From: a virus
Taxonomy: Duplodnaviria > Caudoviricetes
Virus record (IMG/VR): IMGVR_UViG_3300046823_000179
Span: 1-47,285 of that record
DNA: 47,285 nt
Strand: one strand, 5' to 3'
Below, piece after piece: positions 1 to 8,850 of the stretch. The first letter of the stretch is position 1. Each line of letters begins with the position of its first letter. A program made the position numbers and the translations under genes. A model generated the notes under the pieces. It was not told the origin of the DNA. It was given only the letters and a program-made list of their open reading frames with translations, and did not search any database.

Positions 1-128
1 GTCCCTCGCCCCATGTGATCTTGCGTCCCGACCCCTCCCCCCGGCTACCCTGCGTGACATACCGCCGGGCCTTAGGGACGGTCGATCTTCCCGAAAGCCA
101 TCACTCTAGGTAACGTCGCTACGCTGCG

Positions 129-416
129 TTACCACGTTCGTTTGATCGCATCGCGTGTTCCGTCACCGCGTGCTGCGTTGCATCCGTAGTGCAGGACGCG
201 CAGGTTGCTCGGGTCGTGGGCGCGTGACCGGTCGACCGATAGCGGCACGATGTGGTCAACGCTGGGCGACAGCGGATGGCGTGCAGGCCAGGTGCCGAAC
301 GGGTCGATGCCCTTGCCGCAGCGTGGGCATGGCTTGCCTTGGCTGAGCCACAGCCCGATGGTCTGGCGTGACAGCCGTTCCCATGGCCGGCCCTTGCGCC
401 CATGTGTCCGGGCCAT
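129..416 (-). CDS. HNH endonuclease, probably packaging-associated (HK97 gp74-like)
   Basis: CPRC...SVDHIVPLS...NLRVLHYGCN HNH motif; last gene before the genome end, with terminase at the opposite end. Confidence 0.85.
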   Translation of the reverse strand: MARTHGRKGRPWERLSRQTIGLWLSQGKPCPRCGKGIDPFGTWPARHPLSPSVDHIVPLSVDRSRAHDPSNLRVLHYGCNAARGDGTRDAIKRTW

Positions 417-531
417 GGGTCACCTGCCGTTGGTACTCCGGAGACGACGAAGGCCCGCTCGATGGCGGGCCTCAGCCGGGGTCTCTCGACACTTCGGCTT
501 GCGCAGATCATGGCTGCGAGCTGCTCGGATG

Positions 532-765
532 TCAAGCAGCCACGCGCTGATAGGTCATGGACTCGGACCGTACCCACTTGTGCTCACCCTCGGGGATGTG
601 GATCTCGTGCCCGTCGATCAGCACGGTGGCCGAGCCAGGCAGCACGACGTGGGTGATCCATCGGTCCAGGTCAGCGGGCTCGATCGGTCCGCTTGGCGCG
701 GTGGCGTCGATGAGGCTGAGCATGCAGCTCTTGCTGGCCTTGAGGTCGAGCGGAGCTAGGTTCAT
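532..765 (-). CDS. hypothetical protein
   Basis: MNLAPLDL start overlapping the upstream stop; normal protein composition. Confidence 0.55.
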   Translation of the reverse strand: MNLAPLDLKASKSCMLSLIDATAPSGPIEPADLDRWITHVVLPGSATVLIDGHEIHIPEGEHKWVRSESMTYQRVAA

Positions 766-1052
766 GCCCTGCTCACCACCGTCCGCATCCACGACGACGA
801 CCGTACGCCGCGTGCATGCGCCGGATACGTGGATGGTTCCGCCCGAACAGCGCCCGGTAGCCCAACGGGCTCAGCTTCACGGTCCCGCGAACGGTGACCG
901 GCGTGAAGAACCCCGCTCGCATGCAGGCGGTTGGTGAACTCGTCGGGGTCCACGTAGTGCATCGTGACCTTGGTGACGGACCCGCTGAGGTCCACCGGCT
1001 CTCCGCCCTGCGGCGTCCAGTACAGCCTCGCGGGGTTGAACTCCATCGTCAT
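762..1052 (-). CDS. hypothetical protein
   Basis: MTMEFNPARLYW start coupled to the upstream stop (ATGA). Confidence 0.55.
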   Translation of the reverse strand: MTMEFNPARLYWTPQGGEPVDLSGSVTKVTMHYVDPDEFTNRLHASGVLHAGHRSRDREAEPVGLPGAVRAEPSTYPAHARGVRSSSWMRTVVSRA

Positions 1053-1294
1053 GCTGCGCTCGATCCATGGCGTGGGTCCTCGGCCGGGTCGTCGCAGAGC
1101 ATGCACGCCGCATCGCGCGGCGTATACGGGTGCTTGATCTTGATGGGCGCCCAGTTCTTGCGCTTGTCCTCGACTTCATAGCGCAGCTCCCGGGCCTCCG
1201 ATTCCAGGATGCGGACTCGCGTCTGTGCTGCTTGGGCGCGAGCCTCGGCCTCCTTGGCCCGGTCCTTCCAGTAACGCTTGTCCATGCCGCTCAT
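1049..1294 (-). CDS. hypothetical protein, coiled coil plus CxxC
   Basis: Coupled ORF in the early operon. Confidence 0.6.
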   Translation of the reverse strand: MSGMDKRYWKDRAKEAEARAQAAQTRVRILESEARELRYEVEDKRKNWAPIKIKHPYTPRDAACMLCDDPAEDPRHGSSAA

Positions 1295-1560
1295 GCTCCC
1301 ATCTCGGTGGCTTTGTCATGGCGGGCCAGCAGCATCCGCAGGTACTGCATGCCCTCGTTCGGGGTCATGTCGGCGACGATGCGCAGGTCGTTGATCAGCT
1401 CGGATTTGCATGGGTGCTCCGCGCACACCTCGATGATCTGGGCGAGCCGGACCGGCGTGAAGCTCATCCGCCATCCGCAGCCCGGGAGCAGGCAGTCGGC
1501 GATCACCATGTCGCTGCCGATGTGGGCGTTGATGCGTACGTTGTCCGGGTTGAACGTCAT
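1291..1560 (-). CDS. hypothetical Cys/His-containing protein
   Basis: MTFNPDN start overlapping the stop at 1557. Confidence 0.6.
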   Translation of the reverse strand: MTFNPDNVRINAHIGSDMVIADCLLPGCGWRMSFTPVRLAQIIEVCAEHPCKSELINDLRIVADMTPNEGMQYLRMLLARHDKATEMGA

Positions 1561-2186
1561 GCTGCGCTCGCTTCCTTCCGCCGGGCCCTCTCGGCCCGTG
1601 CTTCTTCGCGTCGTGCCGCCTCTTGTGCGGCCAGGTCGAGGACGTCGCCGACGAGGAACAGCGGCCTCTGGTCGCGGTCCCATCCGTGGGGGTGGAGTTT
1701 TGCGGGCCGTGCAGCTTGGACGCAGGTGCCGCTGTGGTCGTAGCGGACCTGTCGCTCGGTGGCCCACGACCGGATGGTCTTGACGTTGATCCCGTAGGCG
1801 TTGGCGATCTCGGCGGCCCGGAAGGCGTGAGCCCGCACCTCAGCGTCGAGCCAGGCCCGGCGGTCCGCAGATGCCACCTCGGCCCCGCAAGTCCGGCAGC
1901 GGCCGACTGAGGCCCCTTCGCGGGCGTAGATGTCGCCGTCGCACTGCATGCCGTCGACGTAGGTCCGCTCTCCGGCGGCCCGGTCGGCGAACGTAGTCGT
2001 CTCGACCTGTGCTGGCGCCCCGCACGGCCCGAGGTACTTCTGCGGCGCCGGTCCCCGCGCGGTGGAGCTGACGATGCGCGCGCACGCCTCGACGTCGGTC
2101 AGGAACTCATCCGCCCAGGGCTGATGGCGCGCGTACTCAAGCTGCGTAGCCAGGAACTCAACAGCGGCGACGATGGGGTCACTCAT
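1557..2186 (-). CDS. Zn-ribbon/HTH phage regulator-like protein (probable C-terminal half of a split gene)
   Basis: YLGPC..CDG..CRTCG cysteines and C-terminal AAEIANAYGINVKTIRSWA HTH. Confidence 0.7.
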   Translation of the reverse strand: MSDPIVAAVEFLATQLEYARHQPWADEFLTDVEACARIVSSTARGPAPQKYLGPCGAPAQVETTTFADRAAGERTYVDGMQCDGDIYAREGASVGRCRTCGAEVASADRRAWLDAEVRAHAFRAAEIANAYGINVKTIRSWATERQVRYDHSGTCVQAARPAKLHPHGWDRDQRPLFLVGDVLDLAAQEAARREEARAERARRKEASAA

Positions 2187-2821
2187 CGCGCTACCAGCCG
2201 CCTCACCTGGTTATCGAAGATCGTGTGGCACGAGCTACATCGCGGCTGGTAGTGCTCGGGCTTGGCGCTGTAGTGCTTGCCTCCCGCGTCTGCCGGTTCC
2301 ACGATCTCGTCGGGGTCGGCATGGTCGTACGACCAGCCGCTAGCCCACCCATCGCAGTCAACGCATTGCATATCCCGGGCGCTGCCGCGAATGCTCCGGA
2401 TGCGGGAGTGGGCACCTTGGTAGGTGACGGCCTCGCCCTGCCAATTCGGGCTCAGCGGGCCTGGCAGGTCTCGACTGCTCGGCCGGGCGACCAGGGGATC
2501 GCCAGAACTGCACCAGCGCTCGTAGTGCAGGCGGCACCACCCTCGGGACTTCTGAGGCCGGTCGCAGTCCTCGACGGCGCAGGCGACCGGGACGGGCGAC
2601 GCGACCTCGAGCAGGCCGGTTCGCTTCCACCGGTAGTAGTGGAGCTTGCACCACGTGCGGGCCTTGGACCGGCGCTCGCAGCCCTCGATGCTGCATTGCC
2701 CGCCTACCGGGGATCGACGCCCAGCGGTGGGATCGCCGTGATCGAGCCAGCGGCGGTAGTGGCCCTCGCACCAGGTGCGGTGGGAGGTGGGCTTTCCGCA
2801 ATGCGTCACGGAGCATGTCAT
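2183..2821 (-). CDS. HNH-type homing endonuclease with N-terminal Cys/His repeats
   Basis: Three C-x4-C...WC..HY.RW repeats; C-terminal CVDC...H...YQPRCSSCH nuclease-like motif. Confidence 0.7.
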   Translation of the reverse strand: MTCSVTHCGKPTSHRTWCEGHYRRWLDHGDPTAGRRSPVGGQCSIEGCERRSKARTWCKLHYYRWKRTGLLEVASPVPVACAVEDCDRPQKSRGWCRLHYERWCSSGDPLVARPSSRDLPGPLSPNWQGEAVTYQGAHSRIRSIRGSARDMQCVDCDGWASGWSYDHADPDEIVEPADAGGKHYSAKPEHYQPRCSSCHTIFDNQVRRLVAR

Positions 2822-3132
2822 GTGTTCGACCTTCCGATGGTCGGTGCGTAGTCCAGTCCGCGCTGCTCACTGATCACCCGAGCCCAGCCGACCAGCGCGT
2901 TCTGAACTGAATCGAGTTTGGCCATGGCGGTCAGGTCGATGGGGATCTGCGAGCCCGGCTTGCCGCTGGCGTTCCCGCCGCCACCGCGCCGGCTCAGCCC
3001 GTGCGCGACATCCCTGGCCGCGGGCAGCATGTCGACGACCTGCCGCAGCTGCTCGGCGGCCCGGTTGGCGCAGGTGGCGCAGGCGTACGCCTGGTCGGCC
3101 ATGGGCCGCTCGCAGCGGACGCAGGTGGTCAC
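2818..3132 (-). CDS. Zn-finger protein (probable N-terminal half of a split gene)
   Basis: CVRC...CATC; ends WARVISEQRG plus a short tail. Confidence 0.65.
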   Translation of the reverse strand: MTTCVRCERPMADQAYACATCANRAAEQLRQVVDMLPAARDVAHGLSRRGGGGNASGKPGSQIPIDLTAMAKLDSVQNALVGWARVISEQRGLDYAPTIGRSNT

Positions 3133-3350
3133 GCGTCAATCCCCAGCCCCAGCATCGCCTCGGTGATGCGTACGCCGAGTTCGATGTTGCTGGCGTAGGC
3201 GAGCATCCAGGCCCGTAGCTGGTCGGCGTCGAGGTCGGCGAAGCTGGGCCACCTGCCGGCGTCCGGCATCTCCTTGACGGCGAGCCGGGCGGCGGCCTCG
3301 TAGTAGCCGCGTACGCCGTCGATGATCGAGTTGTTGTCCTGGGTGTTCAC
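3129..3350 (-). CDS. hypothetical protein
   Basis: Coupled 73 aa ORF. Confidence 0.6.
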   Translation of the reverse strand: MNTQDNNSIIDGVRGYYEAAARLAVKEMPDAGRWPSFADLDADQLRAWMLAYASNIELGVRITEAMLGLGIDA

Positions 3351-3604
3351 GGTGCGTCCTCCCGGGGGATGAGGGCCAGGTCGTAGCCGAGGGCGTGGGC
3401 GTGCTCGATCAGTGCGGAGGCGGGCAGGAAGCCGAGGGCTTCGCGGCGGCCGGCGCCGCTGCGGGAGATGCCGAGGCGGTGGGCGATGCCGTCGAGGCTG
3501 ATTCCGGCGTCGGTGCGTAGGCGCCAGAGGATGTGGCCGATGCCGCGCCGGTCGGTGAGGCGGATGACTGCGGTGTCGGCGAGCTGGTCGCGCAGGTCGG
3601 TCAC
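3347..3604 (-). CDS. XRE-family HTH DNA-binding protein
   Basis: LRTDAGISLDGIAHRLGISRS...LGYDLALIP pattern. Confidence 0.75.
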   Translation of the reverse strand: MTDLRDQLADTAVIRLTDRRGIGHILWRLRTDAGISLDGIAHRLGISRSGAGRREALGFLPASALIEHAHALGYDLALIPREDAP

Positions 3605-3961
3605 TCAGCTCACCGGCCCGGGTCGGTGGCTGTGTGGCGGCGTGCCGGGCGGGTGCTCGTGGCCGTGGTCGGGCGGGGCATCTCCGCTCGCGAAGCCCTC
3701 GGCGAAGTCGGCGGCGTCTTCCCAGCCGTTGACGTACTCGATCGGGTAGCCGTGTCCGGGGTAGCCCTTGCGCATGTCGGTAGCGGCCTGGTCGAGCGCG
3801 GCGGTGGCTGCGACCTGCCGCATCGCGCCGTTGAGCAGCGTGCAGATCCGTTCGGCGAGGGCCTGATCCCCGTTGACGACGACGGCGACGAGCTGGGCGG
3901 GTTCGGGTTGCTCGCGGACGATGGTGACGCCCCAGTGGTTGCCGGTGCGGTAGGTGCTCAC
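3605..3961 (-). CDS. hypothetical protein
   Basis: GTG start (STYRTGNHWGVTIV) coupled to upstream stop. Confidence 0.55.
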   Translation of the reverse strand: MSTYRTGNHWGVTIVREQPEPAQLVAVVVNGDQALAERICTLLNGAMRQVAATAALDQAATDMRKGYPGHGYPIEYVNGWEDAADFAEGFASGDAPPDHGHEHPPGTPPHSHRPGPVS

Positions 3962-4179
3962 GCGGTCGCCTCCGCCGGGTTGGCGCGGTACCAGCCGTAC
4001 GCCTTGCTGACGGCCCGCAGGTGCGGGAGTGCGCCGTCGCGGCGCTTGTTGCGGTAGGCGTCGTTGACGCCGTCGCGTAGTGGCTTCGGGAGCCGGAACC
4101 AGCAGGGCTTGCAGGCGAGCTGGTGTTGCGGGACGTCGGCTCCGCATTTGCCGGGGCAGGGGTGGGTGCGCTCGGTCAC
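3958..4179 (-). CDS. small Zn-binding hypothetical protein
   Basis: HPCPGKC...LACKPCWFRLP motif. Confidence 0.6.
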   Translation of the reverse strand: MTERTHPCPGKCGADVPQHQLACKPCWFRLPKPLRDGVNDAYRNKRRDGALPHLRAVSKAYGWYRANPAEATA

Positions 4180-4439
4180 GGCGTCTCCTTGGGCTCGGCG
4201 GCGAGGCGGCCGCAGTGCGTGCAGATGCCGCCGACGTTGTGGTAGCCGCAGGCTTCGCAGATCCACTTGGGCTCGGCGGCGAGGCGGGCTTGGTGCTCGG
4301 CGACCTGGAGCGCGAACTGCTGGGCCGCGCGCCGGAACCGGTGGGCCGGGCAGCCTTCGACCGCGACGGGGCGCGGGTCGGGCGGGTCGAAGATGTCGTC
4401 GGGGTCGCAGATGCAGCGGAACTTCTCGTCGGTGCTCAC
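4176..4439 (-). CDS. small Cys-rich hypothetical protein
   Basis: CIC...CPAH...CEAC...CTHC. Confidence 0.6.
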   Translation of the reverse strand: MSTDEKFRCICDPDDIFDPPDPRPVAVEGCPAHRFRRAAQQFALQVAEHQARLAAEPKWICEACGYHNVGGICTHCGRLAAEPKETP

Positions 4440-4587
4440 TGGTAGCGCACCTGCTGGCAGCGGCGGCAGGCCCAGCGCCAGACCTTGCGGTGGCGTAGGC
4501 AGATGCCGTAGCGGCGGGCGAGTCGGCGGGCGAGTCGGATCACGTTGGTCCTCCAGCTGTCGGGTGGGTTGGCGCCGGCGTGGCAGC

Positions 4588-4800
4588 TCACGGGGTCACC
4601 TCGCGGGCGGTGGCGGCGCGGTAGCCGTCGATCCAGCCGTAGTGACGCCAGGCGAAGGCGACGGCCAGCACCTCGGCGATGGAGAGCGGCAGGTCGAGCA
4701 GGTTGATGCCGACGGCCAAGAGCACGTGCCGTACGACGAAGGCGGCGATGAAGGCCAGGAACCAGCGGCGGGCGAGCTGGCGTGCTCGGGTGGGCGTCAT
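4588..4800 (-). CDS. small membrane protein
   Basis: MTPTRARQ start; two hydrophobic segments. Confidence 0.6.
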   Translation of the reverse strand: MTPTRARQLARRWFLAFIAAFVVRHVLLAVGINLLDLPLSIAEVLAVAFAWRHYGWIDGYRAATAREVTP

Positions 4801-5522
4801 GAGTTCTCCTGCTCGGCGAGAGCTTCGGATCGGCACAGCGCGCAGTTGTCGGCGGGCTGCCCTCGGTGCTGGCGGCATTTCGGTGCCTTGCGTCGGCGCT
4901 CGGCGTCGGCCAGTTCCCAGCGGGTCCGGGCCTTGCGGGCATCGCCGCACGCCCGGCACGGGTCCTCGGTGGGGTGTTCGAGGTGTTCGGGGCATCGAGG
5001 GGGCGGGGCGTCGCGTGCGCCCGGCGTAAGTGGATCTCCTAGAGCGCCCCCTAGAGATTGGCCGGGACGGGCCGGGGGATTCGGGGGCGATTCGGGTATG
5101 CCATCGGGTACCCGATCGGGTGGGCGATTACCTACCCGATCCTGTTTGCCCTGGCAGTAGCGACACGAGGCGTTTTTCTTGCCTTTCCCGATGTGCCATC
5201 GGCGGTGGTTACCCAATGCGCCACCCGATGACATTTCGTCGCGTCCGGCGATCACTTCTTCCTTCGTCGGCTGGTACACGGACCAGTCGTGGAACAGGTA
5301 TCCACCCTTCGCTCGCTTCCACAGCCCTCGCGTGACCAACTCCCGTACGCCTCGCTCGGGGTCGTCGCAGAAGCGGGCGGGCATCCCGGACGGCACGAAC
5401 CCATCGGTGAGGTTCCGTGCGGACCAGGTACCGGCGCGCGTCCACAGCGCCACGGCGCAGTCGGGGGCGTCGAACACCTTGGGGTGGTCGTAGAACGAAT
5501 CGTCGATCTTGAACCAGGTCAA
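4797..5522 (-). CDS. phage replication initiator-like protein (N-terminal winged-helix type)
   Basis: TTG start then TWFKIDDSFYDHPKV...LWTRAGTWS..NLTDGFVP...LVTRGLW...YLFHDW, typical of actinophage replication proteins; C-terminal Zn motifs. Confidence 0.75.
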   Translation of the reverse strand: MTWFKIDDSFYDHPKVFDAPDCAVALWTRAGTWSARNLTDGFVPSGMPARFCDDPERGVRELVTRGLWKRAKGGYLFHDWSVYQPTKEEVIAGRDEMSSGGALGNHRRWHIGKGKKNASCRYCQGKQDRVGNRPPDRVPDGIPESPPNPPARPGQSLGGALGDPLTPGARDAPPPRCPEHLEHPTEDPCRACGDARKARTRWELADAERRRKAPKCRQHRGQPADNCALCRSEALAEQENS

Positions 5523-5524
5523 CG

Positions 5525-5859
5525 TGCACCACCGAGAAGCGTGGCGTATTGCACGGCGTGGCTTCTTGCGCACAGAGGGCGCGCCCATGCGAGTATCACC
5601 GCAGGGCTCCTTCCAGTTCGGTAGAGCGAACGGAGTTGCCTTAGTCCCGGGATTCGGTGCGACCAACACCATTTCCCGGGCACCCCATTCTCCCAGCTCA
5701 CGCCCACAGAGGCACCCGAATCGCCGTGCGACTCGCCGATGCCCTGTGCGTTTCTGATCACGTTCTTCGCCCTCGTGCTTCTATCGCGCCGTGCAATTCG
5801 CCGGGGATGGCCGAATAGGCCGGGCATGACACGCCCGGCCACAATCGCCGAATGGTGCA
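5525..5859. ncRNA. candidate large structured RNA or 5' leader of the replication gene
   Basis: Seven nested complementary segments in a ~340 bp gap with no convincing ORF (see findings). Confidence 0.5.
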
Positions 5860-5866
5860 GCCGGTG

Positions 5867-6286
5867 TCAGGCAGCCCCTTTCTCGCGGCCAGCGCGACGG
5901 CGCGTCAATTTGTCGATAAGGCGTTCGGCGGCGGCTGGCGGCGCATCAATCGCAGCGAGGCCATGTGCTGCGGCGGCGGCACCGGACGGCCACAGCGGCA
6001 CGGGTGAGTCGTAGTCGAGGATTGCTTCGACCGTCTCGGCGGACACCCCGACGATGGGGGCGAAGCGCAGCGCCAGCGACTCGTTCATGTCGTGGCATCC
6101 GACCCAGCCGGCGCACGCCCGGCCGTCCTGCTGGTGGCACAGGAACAGGCCGGTCGGCTGCTCGCCGGTGGGGCGGTCGTAGGCCGGGAGCTTCGCGTAC
6201 TCCTCGGCGACCCAGACGCCGGAGGGCACGTCGCGGCGGTACGGGCACGATTCGCACGGCCTCGGCGCTGGCGGTCGGACGCTCAC
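5867..6286 (-). CDS. DUF6283-like protein
   Basis: PRPCESCPYRRDVPSGVW..EEYAKLPAYD...FLCH...CAGW..CH signature. Confidence 0.75.
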   Translation of the reverse strand: MSVRPPAPRPCESCPYRRDVPSGVWVAEEYAKLPAYDRPTGEQPTGLFLCHQQDGRACAGWVGCHDMNESLALRFAPIVGVSAETVEAILDYDSPVPLWPSGAAAAAHGLAAIDAPPAAAERLIDKLTRRRAGREKGAA

Positions 6287-6477
6287 GCCTCGTCTCCGTT
6301 CTCGCCGGCGCGTAGCTGCTGCACGTCGAGCCCGGCCGGTGCGGTCTCGGGGTGGTGGGCGTCGCCTGCCTCCCCGACCAGCCCGCAGCAGCACGTCAGG
6401 CGGCCGTTGTGGTCGGGTGGCAGGCCGGGGTCGGCGCGGAAGATGCCGCCGCAGACACGGTGCGCGGTGGGCTTCAC
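6283..6477 (-). CDS. small hypothetical protein
   Basis: GTG start coupled at both ends; CCCGL..DAHH. Confidence 0.55.
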   Translation of the reverse strand: MKPTAHRVCGGIFRADPGLPPDHNGRLTCCCGLVGEAGDAHHPETAPAGLDVQQLRAGENGDEA

Positions 6478-6746
6478 CGGGCACCTCCGGCGGCGATCGC
6501 GCGGTACTTCGCTGAGGCCTGGGCGTTGGCCAGCTTGCAGGTGAAGCAGCGGCACTTATGGGTCTGGTAGCCGTACAGGCCGTGGGTGATGTCCGTGGCG
6601 ACGTACTCGCGGCCTGCAGCTCGTGCCGCGTCACGCCTGGTCCGGGCCTGCGCGCGGCGATCGCGGGTGTAGGTGACCTTCGCGGCCTTGCAGACGTCGC
6701 AGCGGCAGCCCGACGTGTAGCGGCCGTAGCCGTGGTCGGCGGTCAT
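6474..6746 (-). CDS. protein with two HG..Y..CRC..C metal-binding repeats
   Basis: HGYGRYTSGCRCDVC and HGLYGYQTHKCRCFTC. Confidence 0.7.
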   Translation of the reverse strand: MTADHGYGRYTSGCRCDVCKAAKVTYTRDRRAQARTRRDAARAAGREYVATDITHGLYGYQTHKCRCFTCKLANAQASAKYRAIAAGGAR

Positions 6747-6849
6747 CAGTCGCCCCGCCCGTTCTCGTCGTCGAGGTGGCCGGCGTGTGCGCACAGCGCC
6801 CAGGCGGCGAGCGTGCCGAGGCTCATGACGACGGCGGTGACGAGCCAGA

Positions 6850-7233
6850 TCACGACCGGCCCTCCTTGTCGGCGCGGAATGCGGCGATGGCGTCGTCGAG
6901 CTGGGCGCGGGTGAGGTCGCGTTCCCGCATGGCGGTTATGGCGAGGTCCCGCCACGCGCAGTCGCCGCGCAGCCTGCTCAGCTCCTGCCAGTACTCGTCG
7001 CGCTCGGCCTCCATCCGGGTGAGGTCCTGCTGCGACTTGGCGAGCGCCAGCTGGGTCTCGCTCAGCTTCTGCTGGATGTGCTCGCGGTGGCGCGAGCAGG
7101 CTTCCCACCGGCCGCGCATCCGCTCGACCGTGTCTTCCCCTCCGGGCTGAGGCTTGAGGCCGTCGAGAAGCCCGTGAAGCTGCTCGCGCATCGCGTCACG
7201 CCAGGTCTCAGTCGACGGGTCATCGCTTGTCAT
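6850..7233 (-). CDS. coiled-coil hypothetical protein
   Basis: 127 aa ORF with heptad-like Q/E/L/R content. Confidence 0.6.
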   Translation of the reverse strand: MTSDDPSTETWRDAMREQLHGLLDGLKPQPGGEDTVERMRGRWEACSRHREHIQQKLSETQLALAKSQQDLTRMEAERDEYWQELSRLRGDCAWRDLAITAMRERDLTRAQLDDAIAAFRADKEGRS

Positions 7234-7445
7234 TGCTGCTCCCGTTCCAGAACATGATCGCGACGACGGCCAGGCAGAGCAGCAGGATCACGCCGCCCGC
7301 GCTCACGGGTGCTCCAAGCGGTTGTCGATGAGGCGGATGTCGACGCCCATGAGCGCGGCCAGCTTGGACACGCCGGGCGACTCCTGCGGCGGGACGGTGT
7401 AGTCGACGCGGCCCTTACCGCGCAGCCAGGCGAACAGCGATGCCA

Positions 7446-7895
7446 TCAGCGGCCTCCCATCTGGGCGTAGCCGCGCGGCAGTCCACGGATCGACAGCGCC
7501 GCAGTCTCCAGAACCGCGCCGACGTACGAGCCGCGTTCTCGGGCATCAGGGATGCGGGCCAACTCGTTGACCAGCTCGATGAACGTGTGTTCGTCCAGCT
7601 CGGCACGCGCCTTGACCACCTTCTGCGCCCACTCGACGCGCGGCGGTACCTCGTCGGTGATCGAGCCCGTGTCGTAGTTCATGCCCGTGACGCCGCCGAT
7701 GCTGTGAATTGGCTGGCCGTCGGTGGCATGGTCGGCGAGCGTGTCGATCCAGCCCATGAGGATGTAGGGCAGGGCGTCGGGCCCGCACTCGTCGTTGATG
7801 CGCTGGACGTATCGGGTGGCAGTCGGCCACTTGTCGTCGATGGCGGCGGTGAGCGCGGCCCCGGCCAGCCGGATCGGCTTGCTGTTGGCGTTCAT
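7446..7895 (-). CDS. hypothetical protein
   Basis: MNANSKPIR start, globular composition. Confidence 0.65.
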   Translation of the reverse strand: MNANSKPIRLAGAALTAAIDDKWPTATRYVQRINDECGPDALPYILMGWIDTLADHATDGQPIHSIGGVTGMNYDTGSITDEVPPRVEWAQKVVKARAELDEHTFIELVNELARIPDARERGSYVGAVLETAALSIRGLPRGYAQMGGR

Positions 7896-8055
7896 CGGCC
7901 CGCCCTCAGCTTGCGGCTGGAGTGCGGCTCCTCGGCCTCGACGGCGATGGTCACGGCGCCCTCGACCACGAAGCCCGACATCTTCAGACACGGCTTGCCC
8001 ATCGCCGCCCCGCACACCTCGGAGCATTTCTGATAGCGCTCCCAGTCGACGGCCA

Positions 8056-8850
8056 TCAGGACTCACCGCCCGGCTCGGCGACGGCCGGCCAGTCCGTCAC
8101 GTCCGCGATTTCACCCTCGATCGCGTCCGCCTCGACCGGGGCCGGCAGCTCGGCGGCCACGCTCACCCGCTCGGCGGCGACGGCCGCGCGCTCCTGCTCG
8201 CGGCGGTACTCGGCAGAGGTCGGGATGAACTTCATCAGCTCGCGGAGCACGGTCTTGCGGTACATACGGTCGGGCCACACGTTCCACGGCGAGTCCTTCG
8301 AGTTCGCCCCACGCGCCTTCGCTCGGACCTCCTCGATCTCGGCCCTCGACCGGACGATCACCTGCGAGGTCGAGCCGTCCTTGAACACCGCGTACGCGTA
8401 TGCGCCGATCAGGTCACCGCGGTCGCCGAACCAGTCCGGGCGGTGCGCCGGCCGGTCCTGCTCGCCCGGGTCGTAGGAGAATTCGTCGTTGGCGCGGACC
8501 ACCTCGACCTTGATGGACGCGGTCGCGCCGGCCCGGTAGGCGAGTTCGATGAGGCCGGTGTAGTCGGCGATGCCCTGGATTTCGTTGCCGAACGGGACGA
8601 GGTGGTAGGTGTCACCGATCTCGAGGCCGAGGCGGGCGGCGTCGAGGACGGCGGCGAGGAAGCTGCCCGGGTTGCGCTGGGCGATGAGGGCGAGTTGTTT
8701 GTTGCGGCGGACGACGCCCATGGTCATCCGGACCCACTGCTCGGGGTTGATCTGCGAGGGCAGGACGGTGGCGAAGTCGGCGCGGTACTGCTCGATAAGG
8801 CCGGACGGGCTGTTGTCGCGCTCGGCGAGCGCCTGGCTGACGGTGGTCAT
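8056..8850 (-). CDS. recT: RecT-family single-strand annealing recombinase
   Basis: FLAAVLDAARLGLE...YHLVPF...DYTGLIELAYRAG...AYAYA...SPW...MYRKTVLR. Confidence 0.92.
   Translation of the reverse strand: MTTVSQALAERDNSPSGLIEQYRADFATVLPSQINPEQWVRMTMGVVRRNKQLALIAQRNPGSFLAAVLDAARLGLEIGDTYHLVPFGNEIQGIADYTGLIELAYRAGATASIKVEVVRANDEFSYDPGEQDRPAHRPDWFGDRGDLIGAYAYAVFKDGSTSQVIVRSRAEIEEVRAKARGANSKDSPWNVWPDRMYRKTVLRELMKFIPTSAEYRREQERAAVAAERVSVAAELPAPVEADAIEGEIADVTDWPAVAEPGGES

Noticed and set aside
2183-2870. Group I intron around the HNH gene
   Set aside because: No non-coding space or recognisable core elements; both junctions are ATGA translational couplings
4797-5672. Longer 291 aa start for the replication protein
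   Set aside because: The family-typical sequence begins at TWFKIDD (TTG 5522); the extension overlaps the structured region and looks non-coding
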